Shown: piece after piece, positions 11,901-20,878 of the stretch | How the letters are laid out: each line of letters starts with the position of its first letter | Numbering within the stretch: position 1 is the first letter of the stretch | Assembly (NCBI GenBank): GCA_965226055.1 | Contig: CBDDCA010000002.1 | Location: 64,001-128,000 of the forward strand | Origin: Spirochaetia bacterium | Lineage (GTDB): Bacteria; Spirochaetota; Spirochaetia; WTKD01; G963693115 | Direction of reading: 5' to 3' | Length of the DNA: 64,000 bases | The notes under the pieces: model-generated | Database searches by the model: none | What the model was told of the DNA's origin: nothing | What the model saw: only the letters and a program-made list of their open reading frames with translations | Position numbers and translations under genes: made by a program

Positions 11901-13700
11901 TTTCCTGCAGGCTTTTACACCGATGTAACAGAAATAAAGGAAATCTATACTTCCAAAGCAGTAGCACCAAATCAGTCATTACTAGCAGGAAAGTTGGTAG
12001 TATCACAGTCAACAAATACTACAGGCACAATAAAGCTGGTACTTACCGAGTTAAGCACATTTACAGGAGCAAAAGACTACGATGGCACAAACATAACAGC
12101 AAATAACAAGCTAGTATACACCGTGTATGGCTTACAGAAAGACACTGACCCTACAGTAGCAGAAGTACTTGCAGGCAGAAAGATAGATATAGGCAGTGTA
12201 AGTAGCGGAGTGTACACAGTACCAGCCCTTGCCAGTTTAGGTTTGTCTGCAGACACAGCACCAGTAGTAGCAATAAAAGGAGCGACAAAGTATTACTTTG
12301 TGGTAGAAGTAGCAGTAAAAACAGATACAAGTAAAAAAGCAGTATCGTCAGTGGCAAGTGTAACAACCGCATCACAAGCGACAGCCCCAGCAGAAGTATC
12401 AACTATACAAACAAGAGTAGCCCAGACAGGTGGCATGAGAGTATCGTGGACAGCTCCCAGCCTCAGTGCAAGCCACAAAACAAACAAAGGAGCTACCCTA
12501 ACAGTTGCACAAGTATCGTACAAGGTATATAGCATTGCCAAAAGTGGCGATACAACAAGAAGCGTAGCACAGATAAAAGCAAATGCTAATACAGCAACAA
12601 AAAACATAGCAGCAGGAACAACAAACACTACCCTGACAGGATTGACAAACGGAACGACCTACGAAATAGTCGTACAAGCAGTAAACAGCACCGATGACAC
12701 AAAAGCATCGACAGGAGAACGCCACGAGTTTGAAGCAAGAGGAATAGCTATAGGAAACACTAGCATAGTATCAGCAACAGTAGGTACAGCACTAGCATCA
12801 AATACTACAAGAGTACTAGCAAGCACACCCAGTGGCAATGCCTTTACCTGTGATGCAAACATACTGGAGGCAGACGCAGAGAAAATCAAAAAAGAAACAG
12901 GCCTTACAGTATCGTTTGAACAGAGTAGCAAAACAGTTACCATAACAGGCATAGCAAATAAGTCCAATATACGAGATACTGCTATTACTGAATATAGCTA
13001 TGATGTAGCACAGTGTACCCTTACTGCATCAAAGAAAAAAGTGCCAGCCACTATCGTGATACAGACAGAGCTAAGAACAGCACCATCAGGAAAAGCAGAG
13101 GCCTATTACAGACCAACAACAAAATCAGCACTACAAACTATTATCAATGAAGAAAAGACAAGACAAGCTACAGGAGGAAACAACAACCCTAGCCCCAACC
13201 TTAACATGATAGATACCAGTGCTATTACTGATATGAGTCTGTTATTTAGGGATGATAGTACTTTTAATGGGGACATAACACAGTGGAATACAAGTAATGT
13301 AAATACTATTTCATATATGTTTTCTAAAGCAAGTGTTTTTAATCAAAATATAGGAAGCTGGAATACAAGTAAAGTTACTGATATGGGTGGTGTTTTTGAT
13401 AAAGCAAGTGCTTTTAATCAAAATATAGGAAGCTGGAATACAAGTAAAGTTACTACTATAGGTGGTATGTTTGCTGATGCTACTGCTTTTAATCAAGATA
13501 TAGGAAACTGGAATGTAAAGAATGTTACTGCTTTACTTGCTATATTTTACAATGCTTCTGCATTTGATCAAGATTTATCATCATGGATATTTTGTGGTGC
13601 ATCAACAAGTTCCCTTGATTTCAAAAATTCGGCTATGGATGGGAAAACAGCAAAGTATCCAACATTCAAGCGAGCAGATGATCCAGCATGTACATCATAG
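8988..13700 (+). CDS. Large surface lipoprotein (FN3-like repeats + C-terminal DUF285/BspA repeats), intact
   Basis: AAGGAG RBS, lipobox VLVGC followed by Ser/Gly tether, FN3-like WQAP/WTAP motifs, 25-aa FNQNIGSWNTSKVT repeats; 1570 aa. Confidence 0.9.
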   Translation: MKKSNEKLNYQINSKLNIFIVVALFLVLAMTILVLVGCSEGSSSSSGGGGKQVTPTLASVSNVQIESASNDGTLSLRWQAPSEATHVVVKATSTTPAQSIEVRVPAIEYRTLFQQNRPYTLRGLHATTDYTVEIEAQKSNSGSDTEVSPKTTRSVTTLTDTTKPQDTFNKVAVESATNGIKITWDKALLSSGKTDIAEAIVQVIESTTNVKTEVTVQDVTQGEVTIAVPTIDGISYDVVVVYRDSNGNESTAKQALRGIVPSALSQTVAALPEADLTVTANDKSNSPADESLLITWGNFTFTDKNLQVRVIATATNTLIAYETVSNSSTAKLSSASADNQEYATVYVAKDGIALTKLYGTLTYKVEVYVSKNGKYSTAVSKEQATTDKSTEPVSNVSAVGGADSIVVGWQAPDVRDYAGVTITVTEKDGPAKTVTITERTLRNTQITGLKATTEYSIAVQSQDYTGNKGAKITATTTTVDDGIAPDAVTSIQASYPFVSPTKISTQITWTAPDTTKANNKDIKEYSVSIAEKGTSTTVVNEKKVAYPTTALSVEELTQGKTYTITIQAIDYAGNKSTQATKDITTPQPTAPSEDLFQNKPSLDTTGAIQIKATFKQAPGIGSYYTLRMYDGATLVAEKSITASVTAISFGIADGLEVPKVQANAKNYRFTFLTIANNIVSPVTTLSDTVAVYDSTSTAPPAAKDAKLSVESVTQVTATAVYTFSAGDITDTNKAPSGSKLTQAQIQYKVYIAEGDHSTKTLEAIKGLAGVQTQNIAGDSTLQVRFIGTKGADYTAGVEAINSLNPSYSIGTSATIKKATLTAPPNTPKSTTYTNSNAVVFAVPSTGSNRGKKVITVQLNASAIAGVSKANGNALEATDLAYYVLYLKKEDTTGKPASVSALWATEKSSVKVAKYTKATGTTQSTISIAIVDSTSGSSAGATPIETAKDYYIGVRIVNTTSPNYDATNSDKLFPAGFYTDVTEIKEIYTSKAVAPNQSLLAGKLVVSQSTNTTGTIKLVLTELSTFTGAKDYDGTNITANNKLVYTVYGLQKDTDPTVAEVLAGRKIDIGSVSSGVYTVPALASLGLSADTAPVVAIKGATKYYFVVEVAVKTDTSKKAVSSVASVTTASQATAPAEVSTIQTRVAQTGGMRVSWTAPSLSASHKTNKGATLTVAQVSYKVYSIAKSGDTTRSVAQIKANANTATKNIAAGTTNTTLTGLTNGTTYEIVVQAVNSTDDTKASTGERHEFEARGIAIGNTSIVSATVGTALASNTTRVLASTPSGNAFTCDANILEADAEKIKKETGLTVSFEQSSKTVTITGIANKSNIRDTAITEYSYDVAQCTLTASKKKVPATIVIQTELRTAPSGKAEAYYRPTTKSALQTIINEEKTRQATGGNNNPSPNLNMIDTSAITDMSLLFRDDSTFNGDITQWNTSNVNTISYMFSKASVFNQNIGSWNTSKVTDMGGVFDKASAFNQNIGSWNTSKVTTIGGMFADATAFNQDIGNWNVKNVTALLAIFYNASAFDQDLSSWIFCGASTSSLDFKNSAMDGKTAKYPTFKRADDPACTS

Positions 13701-13719
13701 TAGATACATAGAAATACAC

Positions 13720-13755
13720 CTATAGCAAGAAAGGAATGTTCCTTTCTTGCTATAG
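13720..13755 (+). terminator. Perfect hairpin after the lipoprotein gene (putative terminator or stabiliser)
   Basis: CTATAGCAAGAAAGGAA-TG-TTCCTTTCTTGCTATAG; no U-tract. Confidence 0.55.
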
Positions 13756-13835
13756 AACCTCAAGAGTAGCAAAAAAGTATTTCTAAGGCATTTTTGATAG
13801 AGCGTACGAGAAAGTAATACTCCATGAATCTGCAA

Positions 13836-13867
13836 CTCCTTTGTCGCAATTAGTCCTTGAATCCGCA
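13836..13867 (+). mobile_element. Solo IS30-type terminal inverted repeat
   Basis: CTCCTTTGTCGCAATTAGTCCTTGAATCCGCA matches the IS30 ends at 1133-1163 and 8757-8782. Confidence 0.8.
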
Positions 13868-14417
13868 GAATGCGAGTAGGGAACAGAGAAGTGAATATAA
13901 AGAAATAAATAGTAGAATAGAAAAACTACAGATGTTTACAGTAGAAATTAAGGGAGAAATATCTCAAACTCGGAAAGATGTAGATACAATTAAAGAAGAA
14001 GTATCTCAAATTCGGAAAGATGTAGATACAATGAAAGGGGAAATATCTCAAATTCGGAAAGAGGTAGATGTAGTTAAAGGAGAGGTATCTCAAATTCGGA
14101 AAGAGGTAGATACAGTTAAAGGAGAGGTATCTCAAATTCGGAAAGAGGTAGATATAGTTAAAGGAGAAGTATCTCAAATTCGGAAAGATGTAGATACAAT
14201 GAAAGGGGAAATATCTCAAATTCGGAAGGATGTAGATACATTAGAGGATAGGCAGACAAAACTAATAAATGAAATAACGAATAGAAATAGTGAAGCAGAT
14301 GGATTTAGTAAAATAGAAGCAGGTATGATAAGAATGTTTGCAAAAAATGCTGACAAAAAAGGGTTATTAGACGATAAAAGCGAATATAGTGATAAAAACG
14401 ATAATAATGAATCGTAG
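13857..14417 (+). CDS. Coiled-coil tandem-repeat protein, probably 5'-truncated at the IS end
   Basis: Seven 14-aa repeats KGE(I/V)SQIRK(D/E)VD(T/V/I)x; the ORF start lies inside the IS IR. Confidence 0.6.
   Translation: MNPQNASREQRSEYKEINSRIEKLQMFTVEIKGEISQTRKDVDTIKEEVSQIRKDVDTMKGEISQIRKEVDVVKGEVSQIRKEVDTVKGEVSQIRKEVDIVKGEVSQIRKDVDTMKGEISQIRKDVDTLEDRQTKLINEITNRNSEADGFSKIEAGMIRMFAKNADKKGLLDDKSEYSDKNDNNES
13950..14243 (+). repeat. 7 x 42-bp coding tandem repeat
   Basis: Unit like AAAGGAGAAGTATCTCAAATTCGGAAAGATGTAGATACAATG. Confidence 0.9.
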
Positions 14418-14723
14418 TATAGTGTTTATTGATATACACTAAACACTGTTACATGTAATGTTATCTTGCCTCTTTTTCAACAAACTCAGTACGAGTGTTA
14501 GTTTTTCAATGTAATCTGCTAAGAGTTCACTAGTGAGTATATGCAATTCCCAAAGATATGCAATTTGACATGTATATACCGCTACTCTATACTTACTATA
14601 GGGACTTACTAAAGGGATTACTGAAAGGTTGCCAATTATTACTTTGAGGCTATATGGTATACTCTCATCCCTGTAGTAATGTAATTGTGGTGATGGGATA
14701 AATAGAAAAGAAGGTATGTATTC

Positions 14724-15905
14724 ATGCAAAGAGAAGCTATATTATTACTTGACGATACCATGTTTTTTCGTGGAATTTCTTTTGCGTATCCTGCATATAC
14801 ATTGGAAAAACTTGAAGAAAATATAAAAAAACAAAATTTTCATGGAGTAGGAGAACTCATATTTACCACATCTATGTCTGGATATGTAGAGTATATGACT
14901 GACCCTTCGTATACAGGACAAATTATTTGTTCTACCTATCCACTTGTAGGAAATTATGGGGTAGAGGATGAGTGGTCAGAATCGAGTAATACAGTACATT
15001 CTAACTATATTTCTCTCTCTGCACTTGTTGTACATGAACTATATAGAGGCCCAGTGATAAATAATAGAAAAACGCTTGAAGAATGGATGCTAGAACAGTC
15101 TATTCTGGGATTAGAAAAAGTAGATACAAGAGGACTTACAAAATATATACGAGACAAAGGTGCAAAGAATGCAGCAATAGTATCATTAGATCCTAGTAAT
15201 GCAAACGAAATACAAAGAGCTGCTCAGTTGTTATCTCAATTACCTCCTATGGAAGGACGAAATTTAGTTTCTTCTCTTGCTACTCAATGGCAAGAATATA
15301 ATCCACATGGAGAAGAAATATGCACAGTAATAGTATATAATTGTGGAACAAAGAACAATATTATACATCTTTTAAGAGAAAAAAATTGTAAGGTTATCGT
15401 TGCTCCAAATAATGCCAGCTCTGAAGAAATACTTGCAAGAAATCCCGATATGGTATTAGTATCAAATGGTCCTGGTGATCCTGCTGTGTTGAATGAACAA
15501 GTAAATGTTATTTGCAATCTTCATGAAAAAACAGTGTTGTGCGGTATTTGTTTAGGAAATCAATTATTGGGACTATCCCTTGGTGCAAGAACATATAAAA
15601 TGGTGTTTGGGCATCATGGGGTAAATCATCCAGTACAAGATATGCTAAGTTCGAAATTATATATAACCAGTCAAAATCATGGCTTTGCACTTGATGAGAA
15701 AAGTTTACCAAAAGGATCGGATATATGGTTTAGAAATATAAACGATAACAGCGTGGAAGGTTTTTTTAATCAGCAAAAAAAAGTATACAGTGTTCAATTT
15801 CATCCTGAAGCATGTCCAGGACCAACAGATGCAAATTGGATATTTGATTTTTTTATTCAAAAAGCAATACTGCTTAAAACGCAAAAACATAAAAATGAAA
15901 TATAG
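14724..15905 (+). CDS. carA: Carbamoyl-phosphate synthase small subunit
   Basis: GELIFTTSMSGY, SNGPGDP, GICLGNQ, FGHHGVNHPV, QFHPEA. Confidence 0.97.
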   Translation: MQREAILLLDDTMFFRGISFAYPAYTLEKLEENIKKQNFHGVGELIFTTSMSGYVEYMTDPSYTGQIICSTYPLVGNYGVEDEWSESSNTVHSNYISLSALVVHELYRGPVINNRKTLEEWMLEQSILGLEKVDTRGLTKYIRDKGAKNAAIVSLDPSNANEIQRAAQLLSQLPPMEGRNLVSSLATQWQEYNPHGEEICTVIVYNCGTKNNIIHLLREKNCKVIVAPNNASSEEILARNPDMVLVSNGPGDPAVLNEQVNVICNLHEKTVLCGICLGNQLLGLSLGARTYKMVFGHHGVNHPVQDMLSSKLYITSQNHGFALDEKSLPKGSDIWFRNINDNSVEGFFNQQKKVYSVQFHPEACPGPTDANWIFDFFIQKAILLKTQKHKNEI

Positions 15906-15940
15906 AATTTCGTTTTTGTAACAGGATGGAAAAATAATAT

Positions 15941-18900
15941 ATGCCTAAAAGAGAAGATTTAGAGAAAATACTTATTATTGGTTCAGGTCCTATTATTATT
16001 GGACAAGCGTGTGAATTTGATTATTCAGGAAATCAAGCAGTACGAGCATTAAAAGAAGAAGGCTATACTGTTATTCTTCATAATCCTAATCCTGCCACTA
16101 TTATGACAACACCGGGAAATGCACATATAGTGTATTTTGATCCTTTAGAACCTGAGTATCTTATAGATATATTAAAAAAAGAAAAACCTGATGCTATTCT
16201 TCCTACTATGGGGGGACAAAATGCCCTTAACCTTATTATGTCTTTTGAAGAAGGGCAGCTTGAAAATGATTATAATGTTGAGTTGATAGGGGCAGGGTTA
16301 AAAAGTATTTCTCTTGCTGAAGATAGAGGTTTATTTAAGAATCTTATGACTACTATAGGATTACAAAGCCCTGTTTCGGCACTTGTAAAGTACGAAAGAG
16401 AAGCTCTCAAAGTAATTGATCAGGTAGGCTTTCCTGTTATTATCCGTCCTAGTTTTACATTAGGAGGACAAGGGGGGAGTATTGCTTATCATCAGAAAGA
16501 ATTTTCAGAGAAACTTGAAAAAGCTTTGCGTCGTTCGCCTGTAGGTACTGCATTAGTGGAAGAATCTCTTCTTGGTTATCAAGAGTTTGAGTTTGAAGTG
16601 ATGCGGGATAAAGAAGACAATGCTCTTGTAGTATGTGCTATTGAAAATATTGATCCTATGGGAGTACATACTGGCGATAGTATTACTGTTGCACCTGTAC
16701 AGACATTGTCTGATGCTGAGTATCAGGTACTGCGAAGTGCTTCTATTGATATTCTTCGTGCAGTTGGGGTAGAATGTGGAGGATCAAATGTACAGTTTGC
16801 ATACAATCAAGCTACAAAACGACTATTAGTCATTGAAATGAATCCGAGAGTATCACGTTCTTCTGCTTTAGCAAGCAAAGTTACTGGGTTTCCTATTGCG
16901 TGGTCTGCCGCTAAACTTGCGGTAGGATATACCTTGAATGAGATAACAAATGAAATTACTAAAAATTCTACTTCATTTTTTGAACCTGCCCTTGATTATT
17001 GTGCTGTAAAGATTCCTCGTTTTGAGTTACAAAAATTTCCCATACATGAATTAAATACGCAAATGCGTTCTATAGGGGAAAGCCTTAGTTTTGGTACTAA
17101 TTTTTGTGAAGCATTGAATAAAGCAATAAGAGCAATAGAAATAGGCTATGATGGTATAGAAGAGGAGCTTCTATCTCATGAAGAGTTACAAGAAAAATTG
17201 CAGACATTGCATCCAAAGCGTATTTTTGCCATTTATACCAAGTTGTTACGAGAAGGAGAAGAATGTATTCAAAGTGTAAGTGAGCTTACTGGGTATCATC
17301 CTTGGGTATTGTATCAGTTGTTAAGGATATCAAATGTAGAAAAAAAATTAAAGGAATTGTCAAAAGATATACAGAGTGGTAATGTTTCGCAAGTATGTAT
17401 AGATACAATACGCACAGCGAAATATATGGGGTTTCTTAATGAGAAAATTGCTACACTACTTGGAGTAGAAGTAGAACGCATTGAAGAAATATTGCATGCC
17501 TATTCTATAAAAAAAGTATATCGTTGTGTGGATACATGTGCAGCTGAATTTAAGGCGAGTACCCCTTACTATTATGGAAGCTATATTGGAAGCACAGAAC
17601 ATGTTCCTGATAGTGATAAAAATATAGTGATACTTGGCAGTGGTCCTAATAGAATTGGGCAAGGCTTAGAGTTTGATGCTTGTTGTACTTTAGCTGCTTT
17701 TGCGTTTCAGAGAAGAGGTTTTTTGGTAACCATTATAAATAGTAATCCTGAGACAGTCTCTACAGATTATAATGTATCTAATAGTTTGTTTTTTGAGCCT
17801 CTTTCTGCTGAAGATGTATACGATGTGTTACAAGAGAAAAACACAAGAGATATGGTAGTACAGTTGGGAGGGCAAACTCCTATTACTATTATTAAAAAAT
17901 TACAATCAAAGGGTATTAAGCCTATTGGTACGAGTATTGATTCTATAGATATTGTTGAAAGCAGGAAACGCTTTCTTGATTTATTGTATGAAATACAAAA
18001 GGATGTTGATATAGATGTTATCCCAGGTGCTATAGTACATACTATTACAGAGGTAGCAGGTACTGCAGATACTATTGGATTTCCTATACTTATTCGTCCC
18101 TCATATGTTTTAGGAGGGCAATCTATGGTAGTTGTATATTCTCAAGAAGAGCTACAACGATATATTTCTGATAATAGTACTCATTTACAAGAAAATGATT
18201 TGCTTGTTGATAAATACTTAGAGAATGCAATAGAGTATGATGTGGACATTGTTAGTGATAGTGAATCTGTGTACATTGCAGGAATACTACGACATGTTGA
18301 ACATGCTGGAGTGCATTCTGGCGATTCTGCATGTGTCTTTGAGCCGAAGGTATTGCAAGATGAGATAGCTCATAAAATCTATGCTGCAAGTATTGCAATA
18401 GTCAAAAAACTATCAATTAAGGGATTATTGAACATTCAATTTGCAAGTGTAGGTGATAAGCTATATGTGTTAGAGGCTAACCCACGTTCTTCACGTACTG
18501 TCCCTTTTATTTCAAAAACATCAGGAGTAGATATTATTGATATGGCAGTTGCAATATGGACAGGAGAGAAATTGGATGAACAGCCAGTATTTAAGGAACG
18601 AGTAATGGAAGGGTATGAAAATCTTGCGGTTGGATATAGTGTAGAAGGGTATGCTATAAAAGAATCAGTCTTTAGTTTTGATAGATTTGATAATATTGAT
18701 CCTGCATTAGGGCCTGAGATGAGATCCACAGGAGAAGCAATAGGATTGGGGGATAGTTTTGGAGAAGCCTTTGCAAAGGCAAGTATGGTAGCTTCTACTC
18801 ATTTGCCACGAACAGGTACTGTGTGTATGTCTATTGCAGGGAAGTACAAATATAGTGTATTAGAGCAAGCACGGCAATGTATTGATTTAGGATTTGATAT

Positions 18901-19225
18901 TATTGCTACTCCCGGTACAGCAAAAGTATTTCTTGAAAATAATATACCATGTAAGGTAATATCTCGTGTATTTGAGGCAAAACGCAATGAATCAACTATT
19001 ATTGATGAATTACAAAAAGGAAATGTAGATCTCATCATAAACATCTTAAAAAGTGTTGATGCCCACTCTTTCTTAGATGATAAAGATATACGTAATGCTG
19101 CTTTACGTTATAGAATACCGTATATTTCAACTATCCCTGCATTAAATGCAGCCATTGAAGGTATAGAATTTCTTAAGAAAAACAAAGTGAGTGCAAGAAA
19201 ACTACATTATGATAGTAGTCTATAG
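15941..19225 (+). CDS. carB: Carbamoyl-phosphate synthase large subunit
   Basis: MPKREDLEKILIIGSGPIIIGQACEFDYSG, duplicated ATP-grasp halves, C-terminal MGS domain. Confidence 0.98.
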   Translation: MPKREDLEKILIIGSGPIIIGQACEFDYSGNQAVRALKEEGYTVILHNPNPATIMTTPGNAHIVYFDPLEPEYLIDILKKEKPDAILPTMGGQNALNLIMSFEEGQLENDYNVELIGAGLKSISLAEDRGLFKNLMTTIGLQSPVSALVKYEREALKVIDQVGFPVIIRPSFTLGGQGGSIAYHQKEFSEKLEKALRRSPVGTALVEESLLGYQEFEFEVMRDKEDNALVVCAIENIDPMGVHTGDSITVAPVQTLSDAEYQVLRSASIDILRAVGVECGGSNVQFAYNQATKRLLVIEMNPRVSRSSALASKVTGFPIAWSAAKLAVGYTLNEITNEITKNSTSFFEPALDYCAVKIPRFELQKFPIHELNTQMRSIGESLSFGTNFCEALNKAIRAIEIGYDGIEEELLSHEELQEKLQTLHPKRIFAIYTKLLREGEECIQSVSELTGYHPWVLYQLLRISNVEKKLKELSKDIQSGNVSQVCIDTIRTAKYMGFLNEKIATLLGVEVERIEEILHAYSIKKVYRCVDTCAAEFKASTPYYYGSYIGSTEHVPDSDKNIVILGSGPNRIGQGLEFDACCTLAAFAFQRRGFLVTIINSNPETVSTDYNVSNSLFFEPLSAEDVYDVLQEKNTRDMVVQLGGQTPITIIKKLQSKGIKPIGTSIDSIDIVESRKRFLDLLYEIQKDVDIDVIPGAIVHTITEVAGTADTIGFPILIRPSYVLGGQSMVVVYSQEELQRYISDNSTHLQENDLLVDKYLENAIEYDVDIVSDSESVYIAGILRHVEHAGVHSGDSACVFEPKVLQDEIAHKIYAASIAIVKKLSIKGLLNIQFASVGDKLYVLEANPRSSRTVPFISKTSGVDIIDMAVAIWTGEKLDEQPVFKERVMEGYENLAVGYSVEGYAIKESVFSFDRFDNIDPALGPEMRSTGEAIGLGDSFGEAFAKASMVASTHLPRTGTVCMSIAGKYKYSVLEQARQCIDLGFDIIATPGTAKVFLENNIPCKVISRVFEAKRNESTIIDELQKGNVDLIINILKSVDAHSFLDDKDIRNAALRYRIPYISTIPALNAAIEGIEFLKKNKVSARKLHYDSSL

Positions 19226-19256
19226 GAGTAGATGCTTTTATCGTTTTTTACTTGTT

Positions 19257-20849
19257 TTATTGTATGGTATTTTGTAGAGCATTAAAGTAGTATTCTACTC
19301 CATCCATAATAGCACCCCATGATGCTTCAATGATATTTTCGTTTACTCCAATGGTTTCCCAGCTATGTGTTCCATCCGAAAAAGATATAAACACACGAAC
19401 TTTTGCAGAAGTGTTATTTTCAGGATCAATCACTCGTACTCTATAATCAATAAGTTTTATATTGTTAATGGTAGGTAAATCATGACCCAAAGAATGTCTT
19501 AACGCAGTATCAAGTGCTTCAACAGGGCCATTTCCTGTAGCGGCCCCCATAAGTTCTTTTCCTTTATATTGTACAAAAATTCTGCATACTGTCTGGGCAG
19601 GATTAGTAAAGCTCTTAAACTGTTCAATGTGGTAGTTTTTTAATTGTATGATTGATTTCATTTTTCCCAACGCTCTTAGGATGATAAGCTCAAATGATGC
19701 CTCTGCTGTTTCATATTCATATCCATCTTGTTCGCGCTGCTTTAATTCCTGTATAATACCTTGTACAATAGGATCCTTTTTTGAAAACTCACCGTGTTTT
19801 TGTAAATATGCTACTATAGTGGATTTTCCTGCAAGTTCAGAAAGTAAGATACGGCGCTCATTTCCTACTTTTTTAGGCGAAATATGTTCCATAAGCTCTT
19901 TGTTTTTTAATATTACATCTGCATGTTGTCCTGCTTTATGGCTAAATGAAGCACGTCCTACAAATGGATCGCGAGGATTAGAGATAATATTTGCTTGTTC
20001 TGCTACAAAGCGTGATAATGAAGTGAGATGAGTTATTTCGCTTGCACAATGAGCAGTGTAGCGAGTATCTTTTAGTACTAAATTAGGTATTATAGTGCAG
20101 AGGTTTGCGTTGCCTGATCTTTCTCCCCAACCATTGATAGTTCCTTGTATATGTATTGCTCCTTCTTCAAGACATACGAGGCTATTTGCAGTAGCAACAC
20201 CGCAATCGTCATGAAAATGCCCACCAAGTGGTGCAATCGTTTGTTTTGGAAGATTGCTCATAATGTACTGTACTTCATGAGGAAGCGTTCCTCCATTGGT
20301 ATCACAGAGTACCAGTAAATCAGCGCCTGCTTCAGTTCCTACTTTGAGTACTTCAATAGAGTACTCACTATCCAGTTTAGAGCCATCAAAAAAATGCTCT
20401 AAATCAAGAATTACCGTTCTCCCATTCTCTTTGAGTATTCGTACTGATTCAAATGTTGCTTCAAGATAGGCTTCCTTTGATGCACGAATAACATCGTTCA
20501 CATGTGCAATTGATGATTTTGCCACTATAGTAACTATTTCTGTTTCAGCATTCAGAAGAGCATTTATATGATTATCATATTTGATGTCAGATGATATATT
20601 CGTACTTGGTTTTGCTGTAGAACCAAATGCAGCAATTTTTGCGTGTTGTAAATGGAGTTTTTTTACTTGGATAAAAAACTCATTTTCTTTTTCACTGGAA
20701 AGAGGAAACCCTCCTTCAATGTAATCTACTTGAAACTCATCAAGTTTTTGGGCTATTTTGAGTTTATTTTCTAAAGTATAATTGATTTGCATGCCTTGCA
20801 TACCATCACGTAAGCTGGTGTCATATATTTCTATATTTTTACTCTGCAT
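19257..20849 (-). CDS. cimA: Citramalate synthase (LeuA-like)
   Basis: YDTSLRDGMQG, DYIEGG, EHFFDG, LCDTNGG, HFHDD, HKAGQH, SELAGKS typical of the citramalate synthase clade. Confidence 0.85.
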   Translation of the reverse strand: MQSKNIEIYDTSLRDGMQGMQINYTLENKLKIAQKLDEFQVDYIEGGFPLSSEKENEFFIQVKKLHLQHAKIAAFGSTAKPSTNISSDIKYDNHINALLNAETEIVTIVAKSSIAHVNDVIRASKEAYLEATFESVRILKENGRTVILDLEHFFDGSKLDSEYSIEVLKVGTEAGADLLVLCDTNGGTLPHEVQYIMSNLPKQTIAPLGGHFHDDCGVATANSLVCLEEGAIHIQGTINGWGERSGNANLCTIIPNLVLKDTRYTAHCASEITHLTSLSRFVAEQANIISNPRDPFVGRASFSHKAGQHADVILKNKELMEHISPKKVGNERRILLSELAGKSTIVAYLQKHGEFSKKDPIVQGIIQELKQREQDGYEYETAEASFELIILRALGKMKSIIQLKNYHIEQFKSFTNPAQTVCRIFVQYKGKELMGAATGNGPVEALDTALRHSLGHDLPTINNIKLIDYRVRVIDPENNTSAKVRVFISFSDGTHSWETIGVNENIIEASWGAIMDGVEYYFNALQNTIQ

Positions 20850-20878
20850 ATAGTATCCTCGTATGTTAAAAAGGTATG

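Noticed and set aside
1639-13496. Many minus-strand Leu/Val/Cys-rich ORFs
   Set aside because: Shadow frames of the ACA/GCA/GTA-biased lipoprotein genes
13950-14243. Regular 42-bp repeats as a possible CRISPR array
   Set aside because: No unique spacers, unit is a multiple of 3 and encodes a coiled coil, and no cas genes are present
14439-14729. 96-aa minus-strand ORF or a pyrimidine attenuator upstream of carA
   Set aside because: No motif, overlaps the carA start, and no PyrR-type hairpin or terminator is recognisable
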